Virus record (IMG/VR): IMGVR_UViG_3300025011_000035
Length of the DNA stretch: 64,000 nucleotides
Origin: an uncultured virus (IMG/VR IMGVR_UViG_3300025011_000035)
Lineage: Duplodnaviria; Heunggongvirae; Uroviricota; Caudoviricetes
Direction: 5' to 3' (one strand)
Shown: in pieces, positions 20,797 to 29,571 of the stretch
Layout of the letters: the number at the start of each line of letters is the position of its first letter
Position numbering within the stretch: the stretch's first letter is position 1
The notes under the pieces: generated by a model
What the model saw: only the letters and a program-made list of their open reading frames with translations
Databases searched by the model: none
Told to the model about the DNA's origin: nothing
Made by a program: the position numbers and the translations under genes

Positions 20797-21246
20797 TTAA
20801 ATTACTCCTTTTCCACTCAAAGCAATTTGTTCTGCAAGTAACTCTTTAATTCTATCAGCAATATTAACAACATCAAAATTTTCACTTACATTAATATTTG
20901 CAATAATGGTAGTAATTTTATTTAATATTTCTTTTTGTGCTATTTTTCTTAAAATTTTAATATCTTCATCATTTATTTTCACACCACCAACATTAATATT
21001 TACTGGCTTAACAATACCTTTTAAAAATTCTCTATCATCTTCTGATAAAACCAATTCATATTCTTCATCAATTAAATCTTCTTCATCTTTAATTACGTCA
21101 TCTACACATTCATTTAAAAAACATTTATCTTCATCAGTTAATTCTTTAAATTCCTTCAACGAAATACCAAAATATCTATTAAACAAAACAAACAATTTTA
21201 CATCAGCAACTTTTATAACCATCATCATTTTATCACTCACTTTCAT
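20797..21246 (-). CDS. Chimeric protein: tail-chaperone-T-like N-terminus plus tape-measure C-terminus-like domain
   Basis: C-terminal ~60 aa align with the C-terminus of the 5162..7630 TMP; the N-terminal part aligns more weakly with the 8237-8368 peptide. Confidence 0.7.
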   Translation of the reverse strand: MKVSDKMMMVIKVADVKLFVLFNRYFGISLKEFKELTDEDKCFLNECVDDVIKDEEDLIDEEYELVLSEDDREFLKGIVKPVNINVGGVKINDEDIKILRKIAQKEILNKITTIIANINVSENFDVVNIADRIKELLAEQIALSGKGVI

Positions 21247-21251
21247 TTGTT

Positions 21252-21707
21252 TTAATTATAATTAATAAACCCAGTAACAATATCATAACCTTTTTCTATT
21301 GCATCATAATAATTTACATCTTCATCAATGACATATCTGCATTTTTTAACATTATTTGTTTTATTTGATTTGAAACCTTGAAATTCAAGTTGTTTAACAT
21401 TATGTTCTGCAATTTCACCTGAACACAATACTCCAAATCCATACTTTTTAGCAAATTTAATTAATGCTGTAGTCTTACCAATACCCCTAAGATTAGTAAC
21501 ACCAATCAATGATTTTGTAATTGCTCCCTCAACTAATTTATCTTCAAGAACCTTATCCATAATATTTTTTAAATTATCATCTACTAAACTAATTGTTTTC
21601 ATTTCTTTAACTTCACTTTCATTTGATTTTATGGCCTTATTAATCATACCAAATAAATCCATAGCAATTTTATATCCTTCATTACAATCATATTGTTTAT
21701 TATTCAT
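21252..21707 (-). CDS. Hypothetical protein with a Walker-A-like motif
   Basis: RGIGKTT and YVIDE in only 151 aa. Confidence 0.55.
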   Translation of the reverse strand: MNNKQYDCNEGYKIAMDLFGMINKAIKSNESEVKEMKTISLVDDNLKNIMDKVLEDKLVEGAITKSLIGVTNLRGIGKTTALIKFAKKYGFGVLCSGEIAEHNVKQLEFQGFKSNKTNNVKKCRYVIDEDVNYYDAIEKGYDIVTGFINYN

Positions 21708-21730
21708 TAATCAATCTCCTTTAGATTTAT

Positions 21731-22072
21731 TTACACCAAATTAATCAAATCATCAATATCATCCATAGTTAAACTTTGATAAATATCTCCAAACAACTCA
21801 TAACCCATATCAGTTTGTATAATTGGATCTTCTTCTGAAATAAGTTCTATAACTTTTTCACTTATTATTTGATTTGTTGGCACTAATCCTAATGCTAAAT
21901 ATCTTTTATTAAATTCATTTATAGCATCATTCTTTTTGTTGAGAAGCTTGTAAAAATGTAAACATTTCTTTAAGAATTCAGGAGTAATTACATTTTTCTT
22001 ACTATCATCTAAAAATTGTTTAGATTTATCTTTTTGAATGATGATTATTCGATTTGAATGCATATGTATCAC
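21731..22072 (-). CDS. Hypothetical protein
   Basis: ORF overlapping the upstream stop by 4 bp. Confidence 0.55.
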   Translation of the reverse strand: MIHMHSNRIIIIQKDKSKQFLDDSKKNVITPEFLKKCLHFYKLLNKKNDAINEFNKRYLALGLVPTNQIISEKVIELISEEDPIIQTDMGYELFGDIYQSLTMDDIDDLINLV

Positions 22073-22521
22073 ACCTTTGATTTATTCTTCTTCCTATTCC
22101 TTCGAGCAATAATAAGATCCTCATAAAGTATCCATCCCCCATCAATTTTGCTGTACGACCAACATTCTAAAATCAATTCAGAGTATAATTTATTAAACAT
22201 CTTATATTTTAATTTAAAATCGCTTGTCATTTGACCCTTTGCATCAATTATTTTCTGTGACATATCAGAATAAACAACTAAGAAATCTGAAACATATTCT
22301 ATTTTATTATATTTTTTACCATTCTTAATAAACGCTTCTTGTAAAAGGAATTTTGGCTGTAGTTTTATTGAAACAACATTACCTACAGCCTTTTCTTCTA
22401 ATAAGTATTTATAGTAATTACATTCAAGTTCTGAACTAAATAAAATACCTTCAAATGTTCTCTTTAATTTTCCTTCTGGACTTTGTGATACATTAAACTT
22501 ACTTTTTTCTTTTTTAATCAT
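22069..22521 (-). CDS. DUF1064-like PD-(D/E)xK nuclease
   Basis: GILFSSELECNYY...LQPKFLLQ...YVSDF...IDAKG. Confidence 0.8.
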   Translation of the reverse strand: MIKKEKSKFNVSQSPEGKLKRTFEGILFSSELECNYYKYLLEEKAVGNVVSIKLQPKFLLQEAFIKNGKKYNKIEYVSDFLVVYSDMSQKIIDAKGQMTSDFKLKYKMFNKLYSELILECWSYSKIDGGWILYEDLIIARRNRKKNKSKV

Positions 22522-23190
22522 TTATGATATAATACCTTCAAGTAATATATTTTCTTCAGAGGTTGAAATTGTTTCAGCAGTTTCAATCTCATTTTTTTGT
22601 TCTAATTTGAGTTCATATGTAAAAACATAATCTTCAGGAACAATTACATCTTTCCAACGCTTTTTTGTTTTAATTCTTGAAACGTACTCTGGATTACAAT
22701 CAAATATTTTACAAATTTCTTTATTCTTAATTCCTTTTTCTAATAGATATTTTATAGCAATTACAATATCTATATTTCCTTCTTGGTAATTTGGATTCTT
22801 TTCTCCACTAAATAATTCCCTAAATTGTTCTTTATGTCTTTTTGAATTTAAACCAGTTCTAAAAGTCTTTTTTAAGTTTTTAATATTATTAGTATTTTTA
22901 ATTGTATCCTTATATAAATCTTTCCAATAACTTTCTCTTTTTAATAAATCATGAACAGAACATTCTTCTAAAACAACTAATTTCCATGCACTTTCATCAT
23001 TTATTTCATTCCAAAATGCTTGCATTTTTTTAGTATGTTTTCCATGTCGCATTTTGCTCTTATGGTTGTGTTGTCTGCTATTTTTTATGTCGTGTGCATG
23101 ACCTACATATCGTATAATTCCATAAACTTCCCAACCATAAATACCTACAACTTTTACTTTTGCCATTTTAACATCATCCTCTTTCTTCAT
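22522..23190 (-). CDS. GIY-YIG-family endonuclease-like protein with a C-terminal HTH
   Basis: GIY...YVG...R..H...E motifs, SGEKNPNY NUMOD-like segment, EICKIFDCNPEYVSRIK HTH. Confidence 0.7.
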   Translation of the reverse strand: MKKEDDVKMAKVKVVGIYGWEVYGIIRYVGHAHDIKNSRQHNHKSKMRHGKHTKKMQAFWNEINDESAWKLVVLEECSVHDLLKRESYWKDLYKDTIKNTNNIKNLKKTFRTGLNSKRHKEQFRELFSGEKNPNYQEGNIDIVIAIKYLLEKGIKNKEICKIFDCNPEYVSRIKTKKRWKDVIVPEDYVFTYELKLEQKNEIETAETISTSEENILLEGIIS

Positions 23191-23262
23191 TTGATTATTA
23201 TTTATTTGATTTACAATTTGTAGGCCAATAACAAAGTGAATCGATGCTATCGACCTAAAATC

Positions 23263-23315
23263 TATTCAGTTTTCAAAGAACATATAAAAAGAATCCCCAA
23301 TAAACTGAGGACTCC
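23263..23315 (-). promoter_or_regulatory. Hairpin/terminator followed by an rrn-type boxA
   Basis: Minus strand GGAGTCCTCA-GTTTAT-TGGGGATTC-TTTTT-ATA-TGTTCTTTGAAAACTGAATA. Confidence 0.55.
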
Positions 23316-23345
23316 TATTATCAATATATTTATTTTTATATTTGT

Positions 23346-23552
23346 TTATAGTTGTATATCTTTTTCAAATCTAACTTTAATTTCTCCATCATCTTTCCAC
23401 ACTTTTGTGCATTTTTCAGTAGAAAGAAAATTAATAAATTCAAAAATATCATAAAATGTAGCATGGATTCTCAAACCATCACCAATTAATAAAGCACAAG
23501 ATCCTAAAAATGCAATAGAATATGTTCCTTGGATTACATAATTACTTTTCAT
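23346..23552 (-). CDS. Hypothetical protein
   Basis: ORF with strong SD AAAGGAG. Confidence 0.55.
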   Translation of the reverse strand: MKSNYVIQGTYSIAFLGSCALLIGDGLRIHATFYDIFEFINFLSTEKCTKVWKDDGEIKVRFEKDIQL

Positions 23553-23944
23553 TTTGCAACTCCTTTTTTAATTAGATTTTCGTTTATAATATCGACCATT
23601 CTCATCATATTTACATAAAATTCCAATTGTTGATTTTCAATTCTATTTAGAGTTGCCATTATTGACTCAAAAGTTTCATCCATTTGCTTCACTCCTTTTT
23701 AATTTGTATACATTTATAAAGGTTAATAACACAATGTATACATGTTTACCATGTATACATGTAAACAAATGTTTACATTAAAATTAATTCAAATTATAAA
23801 TGATTGCATAACTAATAATAAATACTAATGTTGCCATTGGATAATCTTCCATAAGTCCACCAACAATTTGTATTCCAATTAATATATTCTTTAATGGATG
23901 TTTCATAAATTCAATTAATTTCATTTGTTTTACTCCTTTTTCAC

Positions 23945-24157
23945 TTAGATTTTATTTTTTAATTCCTTATACTCTTCTATACATTTTAACAATGCAGGTG
24001 AATTAGTGAAATAAAATACGTTTCTGCGTGGAAATTTATAATCTGGCAAAATCTTATGGAGGATGAATTTTCTCTGCATACAATATCCAGCCATAGACAT
24101 CGACCTCATGACATAATAACGGAAACTATATTTATCTTTTACTGTAATTTCTTCCAT
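23945..24157 (-). CDS. DUF5659-like small protein
   Basis: SMSMAGYCMQRKF...RNVFYFTNSPALLKCIEEY pattern. Confidence 0.6.
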   Translation of the reverse strand: MEEITVKDKYSFRYYVMRSMSMAGYCMQRKFILHKILPDYKFPRRNVFYFTNSPALLKCIEEYKELKNKI

Positions 24158-24493
24158 TTAAGTAAACCCCTTTTCGTTTTAATATTTTTATGTTATAATG
24201 AAGGGTTGATATAAATTTAATTAAAAAACCAACCTCTACAACCCTACTCCCATGCACGTTTCAAAACACCTATTTTTAAAATTTGCTCTATATTCAATCA
24301 GAATTATCATACCTATACAATCACACACTAATCAAAATCTAAAGGCTTAGAAGGCCGTTTAAATCGCTTATATTAAAAGATTAGAGAGTATCACAAATTT
24401 TAAATTGCAATACTCTCTGAGTGAGAAAGGAGGATAAATAATGAATGGAATAAACTTATTAAAAGGACAGTATGTTTAAAATACCCACCTTAT

Positions 24494-24715
24494 TTAACTA
24501 CTATATATTATGTCTTTAATGATTTTTAATTTTTCAGGAACTAACAATCTTTTTGATGCGATAAACAAGGATATACTACATCCACTTAATCCTGTTTTAC
24601 GACAGAAGAAGGACTGTTTACAGCCTTTTGACTCAATATAATCAATCAAATCTAGCCTAATTTTTTCAACTTTTGGATCAAAAACAATTATTTCATTTGC
24701 CATTTTAATTTTCAC
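24494..24715 (-). CDS. XRE/Cro-like HTH protein
   Basis: KGCKQSFFCRKTGLSGCSISLF. Confidence 0.65.
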   Translation of the reverse strand: MKIKMANEIIVFDPKVEKIRLDLIDYIESKGCKQSFFCRKTGLSGCSISLFIASKRLLVPEKLKIIKDIIYSS

Positions 24716-24763
24716 CTTTCTTTGATTTAATTTATTTAGGAAAAGAACTTTACTAAAAACATA

Positions 24764-24853
24764 TAAAGTATTATCGGATGGGCGGTGTATCCATCATCTC
24801 AGGTACTCTTTCGAGTGTGTCGGGAACCATTTCCGAGCCTCGATAATACTTTA
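24764..24853 (-). ncRNA. Candidate multi-stem structured RNA
   Basis: Perfect 13-bp closing stem enclosing three hairpins, one with a GAAA tetraloop on the minus strand; GC-rich island in AT-rich intergenic DNA. Confidence 0.55.
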
Positions 24854-24990
24854 AAATTTATTTATTTCATTATATATCTAATATTGTTACAAGTAAATTA
24901 TGATACAAAAATTTTATTTATTTCTCTTCATATTGCAATTGCATAAATAAACCAAGAAACCATTGTTGTGATTGTGTTTTAAGGCATTTG

Positions 24991-27846
24991 TTACGAAATT
25001 TCTAAATTCGGACTTTTCTTTTTCTTTTTTCTTAAACTATCTTTTTGTTGTTTACTTTTTTCTGCACAAGTTTCACACATCTTTTGTCTATTACTTTCTT
25101 TTTTAGTTCTATCGCCACAAACTGAACAATTAATATACATTTTGTTTTCAATATTACTTTTAAGATTTTCAAGAATTATATCTCCAAAACAATTAAACAG
25201 AAAACTTTTCCTTTCATTTGTAGTTTTTTTGTATTTATAAATATGTCTAATTACAATATCAACAACTTCTGCAATACTCAATTTAGGATCAACCTCTAAT
25301 AACTCCTTTTTGATTCTTGCATAAATAGCATTTGCAATTTCTTCTTTTGGTAATTTTGATCTATAAAACCATTTACTTTTGAGTTTATTTAATTCATTGT
25401 ATTTTTTAGTTATTTCAGCATTAATAATCTTTTTCTCTTTGTCATTCAATAACATTTCACTTTTAAAATTATCAATTCCTTCAAAATTATAATCAGGAAT
25501 TTCTATTTTTTCAATCTTTTTACAAATTCTATTGACTGTACTTTTATTTATTGTTGCAAGTTTTTCAGATTCTTTATCTTTTGCAAATTTGAAGAAATAA
25601 GGTAATTTAATTTTATCAACTTTTTTAATTCGTTCATTTATTTCTGATGGAATTTCTGGAAAAATAAGGGACTTTGCCGCATCTATACTGTAATTATTGA
25701 GTGAACAAAGTATTTTACAAACTTGTTCATCCCTTTGGCGTTCATCTACATTCCATAATTTAGTTAGTTTATTACTATATGTACCAATATTCCCAAATTT
25801 GAATGCTGATTTTAATGATTTCCATATGTTAAAATTATTTATTAATTTTGCATCAGCAGTTCCCATTCTATAATATAATGGCAAAACTCCTTTCATATTA
25901 CGTTCGGCAATTTCGATAATCTTTTTATGAACGATTACTATGGATTTGTCTCCATCGTTGTCGAATTGTAAGGTTTTGGAAATTAAATCATGACAAGATG
26001 TATATACCGCATCAGTAGTAAACCAAAAAGATTTTATTTTATCTATTGCATTATTTCTAATAGCGTGTTCACGGAACAAATGAGGACTTCTATCTACCAA
26101 TAATTTACTTGCACCATTATACAACTTACAAAAAACTTCTCCATCATCCAATAAGCCTTTTGGATCTTTAATTCCACTTATACTAAATTGCATCCATGCA
26201 AAAATATCTGGAATTAAAAATAGATTTGTTGCAGGAATTTTTATTTTTCCAAACTTAGCATCTTTTCTTTTTGCATTGATTGTATCTGCTAATTTTTCTT
26301 TTATATGATAATCTCTTAAAAGTGGTGAATAAATTTCCAATGCTTGCTGTAAATAATTTTTATTTGGATTTGAATTTGTTGCTCCTAACACTTCTAACAT
26401 TGTATCTTTATCTGTATATGCTTTCGTTAATAATTCTTTAGTTGGTTTAATTAACTCATCAATTTCATCATCTGAAATATTTGTTAACGTCTGTTCCATT
26501 TGGTAATTAAAATTGGCATCTTTAAATTTATCAGTTTCTTCATTGCATTTACTAGCATGACAACCATATTTAATAAAATTATCTTTGTAAGTATCCCATC
26601 CATATTTAATAGTACCATCTTCATTTAAAGTATTTGGGTAATACTTCCACATTTTAAACTGACTACGACTGAAAATATATAATATTCCATCATGAAGTAA
26701 ATCCCATTCCTTACCATAAATATCTACTATTTTAAAATTTTTATTGTTAAATTTTCTTGCATAAGAAATAAAATTGCAAGGCGTACATAAACCCTTAAAC
26801 CAAGGCATTCTAAACATAAAATTTTTGTCTGATTCTGAAGATAAAATCATACCACATCCATCTGAATGAACTATAGGAATTGGCATATAGCTTGGAGTGA
26901 CTTCAAAAGTTTTATTATCAATATAATCAACTTCTCCATAAACATTCGTAGAGAAATCTTCAATAACAATAGCTCTATTAATATCGAAACTTTCCCATCT
27001 ATCTGTAGCAGAAAAAATTAATGCCAAATAACTTAAAAATTTATTAACATTACATCCCTTTAACTCAGATTCATTGATTTGTTTTATACTCAATCCACAC
27101 ATTAATGTATTTGAAAATCTCTCATATTCACGTTCACGAATAAAAATTACTTTCTTTTCTCTGATTTGGCCCGCACTTGCAGTAAATGGAATAAATTTAT
27201 CTCCCCAAAAGGTAAAACCATTTTTAATTAAATTATCCATTATAGAATAATGATGAACTTTTACAATAAATATATCTACTGTAGTTTCATTAGTTTCAAT
27301 ATTTAAATCTCTACTAAAAGATGATTCAAATGAACTTATTTGATTATAAGGTTTTAAAAATTTAGAATCTAATACTCTAGGAATAATTTTCTTTTCTTTA
27401 ATCTCTTTAATTTTTCCACTATATTTTTTAATATTTTTTATTTTTTTATGTTTCTTCAAATATTCCTTTAAAGATAATTTAATTTCCAATCTTTTTTCTA
27501 AAGTTTTTTTATCTTCATTATAACATTGATATAGTTCATCTTCTTTTAAAAGTTTTTTGAATTCATTAGAACCAAGTATGCTTTTATTGTTTTTCATCAT
27601 TGCTTTAATATATTTTCTTATAAATGTATTTTCTTCTTTTTGAGAAATAAAATCATTTAAATCTTCAAATTTATAAATTTTATTACCTAACAAATTATAT
27701 AATTTAAACTCTTTTAATAAATACATTTGACTGTTTATATAAGATAATATTTCATTAATCTCATTTTCTTTTTTTGTGTAAAACGCTTTTTCATTCAAAG
27801 AATATAATTGAATTTGATTAATCATTATTAATACACGCTCCTTCAA
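24991..27846 (-). CDS. yonO: YonO-like single-subunit two-barrel RNA polymerase (related to RNAi RdRPs)
   Basis: SDGCG, FRMPWFKG, RSPHL and catalytic QFDNDGD (DxDGD) motifs in the expected order; C-terminal CxxC-CxxC. Confidence 0.88.
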   Translation of the reverse strand: MKERVLIMINQIQLYSLNEKAFYTKKENEINEILSYINSQMYLLKEFKLYNLLGNKIYKFEDLNDFISQKEENTFIRKYIKAMMKNNKSILGSNEFKKLLKEDELYQCYNEDKKTLEKRLEIKLSLKEYLKKHKKIKNIKKYSGKIKEIKEKKIIPRVLDSKFLKPYNQISSFESSFSRDLNIETNETTVDIFIVKVHHYSIMDNLIKNGFTFWGDKFIPFTASAGQIREKKVIFIREREYERFSNTLMCGLSIKQINESELKGCNVNKFLSYLALIFSATDRWESFDINRAIVIEDFSTNVYGEVDYIDNKTFEVTPSYMPIPIVHSDGCGMILSSESDKNFMFRMPWFKGLCTPCNFISYARKFNNKNFKIVDIYGKEWDLLHDGILYIFSRSQFKMWKYYPNTLNEDGTIKYGWDTYKDNFIKYGCHASKCNEETDKFKDANFNYQMEQTLTNISDDEIDELIKPTKELLTKAYTDKDTMLEVLGATNSNPNKNYLQQALEIYSPLLRDYHIKEKLADTINAKRKDAKFGKIKIPATNLFLIPDIFAWMQFSISGIKDPKGLLDDGEVFCKLYNGASKLLVDRSPHLFREHAIRNNAIDKIKSFWFTTDAVYTSCHDLISKTLQFDNDGDKSIVIVHKKIIEIAERNMKGVLPLYYRMGTADAKLINNFNIWKSLKSAFKFGNIGTYSNKLTKLWNVDERQRDEQVCKILCSLNNYSIDAAKSLIFPEIPSEINERIKKVDKIKLPYFFKFAKDKESEKLATINKSTVNRICKKIEKIEIPDYNFEGIDNFKSEMLLNDKEKKIINAEITKKYNELNKLKSKWFYRSKLPKEEIANAIYARIKKELLEVDPKLSIAEVVDIVIRHIYKYKKTTNERKSFLFNCFGDIILENLKSNIENKMYINCSVCGDRTKKESNRQKMCETCAEKSKQQKDSLRKKKKKSPNLEIS

Positions 27847-27863
27847 ATTTGTTTTTATTTGTT

Positions 27864-29024
27864 TTAGAAGTTAAAATCATTAATACTGGCAACTCTTTTT
27901 TGAGTAATTATTTTTCTAATTTCATCATCATGATCTCTACGATCATTGTAATCTTGTTCTTGCATATATATTCTAACTTCTTCAGGTATTTGTTCTTCAT
28001 TCTTTCTGCACCAAGCATCATCACTTTCACGCTCTGCATCAGTTCTATCATCATCCCCATATGGATTTTCATCCTCTTCATAAACTTTTGGAAATGGTAA
28101 TGGTTTTTTATTTTGAAGTCCTATTCCTTTAGTAAATCCTTCAACAATTGGTTCTGTTTCCTTATATTCCAATGCTTCTTTTTCTTTTAATAATTCTCTC
28201 AATTCATCCAAAGTAAAATCATTAGGATTCTTTTCAATATTGTTTATCTTTTGTTGAACACTCCTTCTTTCATTAGATTGAGTTTTATCAGTATATATTA
28301 ACCCTTTACCACTAATTTCTGTTTCCAACTGTCTATTAAAGTTTGCTTCATCATCCCAATGTCCTATGTATGTAGTACAATAATGTTTATCCTCGGTCAA
28401 ATAACTATTATTATATCTAATCAAATGCAAATCATCTTGCAATATCTTATTATATCTCTGAATTGTTTTTGAATTATTTACTAATCCCTTAACTTTTGTT
28501 TGTGATAAATAACCAAAACATGCTTGATTATTTGAAACTCTACAGCAAGCAATATAATATCTAATCAAACTAAATTTACCTATATTTGTTGATTGAACAT
28601 AATCAAATATTTTATCTAAATGTTTATCAAATACTTTAAAATAATAATTTTCCAATGGTTTAATTAATTTTACAAAGAATAAAGTGTCTTTACTTAAATC
28701 ATCAGTGGAAATTAATTCATAATGCAAATCATATAATTCAAGGATATATTCTTTTTCAACTAAACCTGTAATTGCTTCTCTTATAGTATCAACTATTTTT
28801 CTATTTCTTGAAGCATCCACAAACATTAATTTTGCTAGAATATCAATCGAACTAATTCCAATGGATTTATATTGCTGATAATTTCTATACAATAAAGTTA
28901 ATATAGTTAACTCTTCATTACTAATACTTAAATCATCATAAATTGGATTAGGTAATTTTACATAATAATCTTCAGGAGTTGCCATATCATTTTCTATTTC
29001 TTCTACTTCTGAATTATTGCTCAT
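27864..29024 (-). CDS. Putative replication initiator / wHTH DNA-binding protein
   Basis: YVKLPN...LSISNEEL N-terminus typical of wHTH initiators; adjacent to an iteron-like array. Confidence 0.45.
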   Translation of the reverse strand: MSNNSEVEEIENDMATPEDYYVKLPNPIYDDLSISNEELTILTLLYRNYQQYKSIGISSIDILAKLMFVDASRNRKIVDTIREAITGLVEKEYILELYDLHYELISTDDLSKDTLFFVKLIKPLENYYFKVFDKHLDKIFDYVQSTNIGKFSLIRYYIACCRVSNNQACFGYLSQTKVKGLVNNSKTIQRYNKILQDDLHLIRYNNSYLTEDKHYCTTYIGHWDDEANFNRQLETEISGKGLIYTDKTQSNERRSVQQKINNIEKNPNDFTLDELRELLKEKEALEYKETEPIVEGFTKGIGLQNKKPLPFPKVYEEDENPYGDDDRTDAERESDDAWCRKNEEQIPEEVRIYMQEQDYNDRRDHDDEIRKIITQKRVASINDFNF

Positions 29025-29119
29025 TTATTATCATCCCTACTTTCATTTGTTTTTGTTTGAATTAAAAAAGAAAATTAATTTTAGAGAAAACAAATTGGTT
29101 TTGCGTTTAGCAAACCTAT

Positions 29120-29358
29120 CTATCTCTTATTATATTTCTCTCTTATTTATTCTTTAACTCTTATTTATTAATTAACTCTTATTACACCTACTTTAGGGTA
29201 CACTTTTTACAACAAAAGTTTGACAGAGCATATACAAATTTACTTCAAAAGTTATGTAGAGCATATACAAATTTACGTCAAAAGTCTAATAATTGAATTT
29301 TTGTTGTAATTTTGTATATGCATTGATTTTACTTTTGTTGTAATTTTGTATATGCATT
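29120..29358. repeat. Iteron-like array plus AT-rich CTCTTATT repeats (candidate origin)
   Basis: GCATATACAAAwTTACnnCAAAA forward at 29228 and 29261, inverted at 29299-29321 and 29333-29355, partial copy near 29205; four CTCTTATT copies at 29120-29183. Confidence 0.75.
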
Positions 29359-29571
29359 AAACTATTTGATAATATCATTATAAGTAATTCTACTTAGTCC
29401 TCTAGTTTTTTAGTTACTTCATTAAACTCTTTAATATCATCTTGAGACATATTGGATAATTTATTTGTTTTTCTAATAACTAATCGTTTATTCTTTTTAA
29501 TAATATTTACTCCTTTCGCAACAAATTACGAAATAATTTATTCCTTCAAACTATTCTTTATGTAATATTGA

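Noticed and set aside
24764..24853. Hammerhead ribozyme, TPP riboswitch or tRNA
   Set aside because: CTGAGATGA and GAAA are not in hammerhead order, the TPP core is incomplete, and there are no T-loop or D-loop signatures.
24991..27846. True RNA-dependent RNA polymerase or RNAi-like system
   Set aside because: The characterised phage homologue YonO is DNA-dependent, and no Argonaute, Dicer-like or helicase partner is present.
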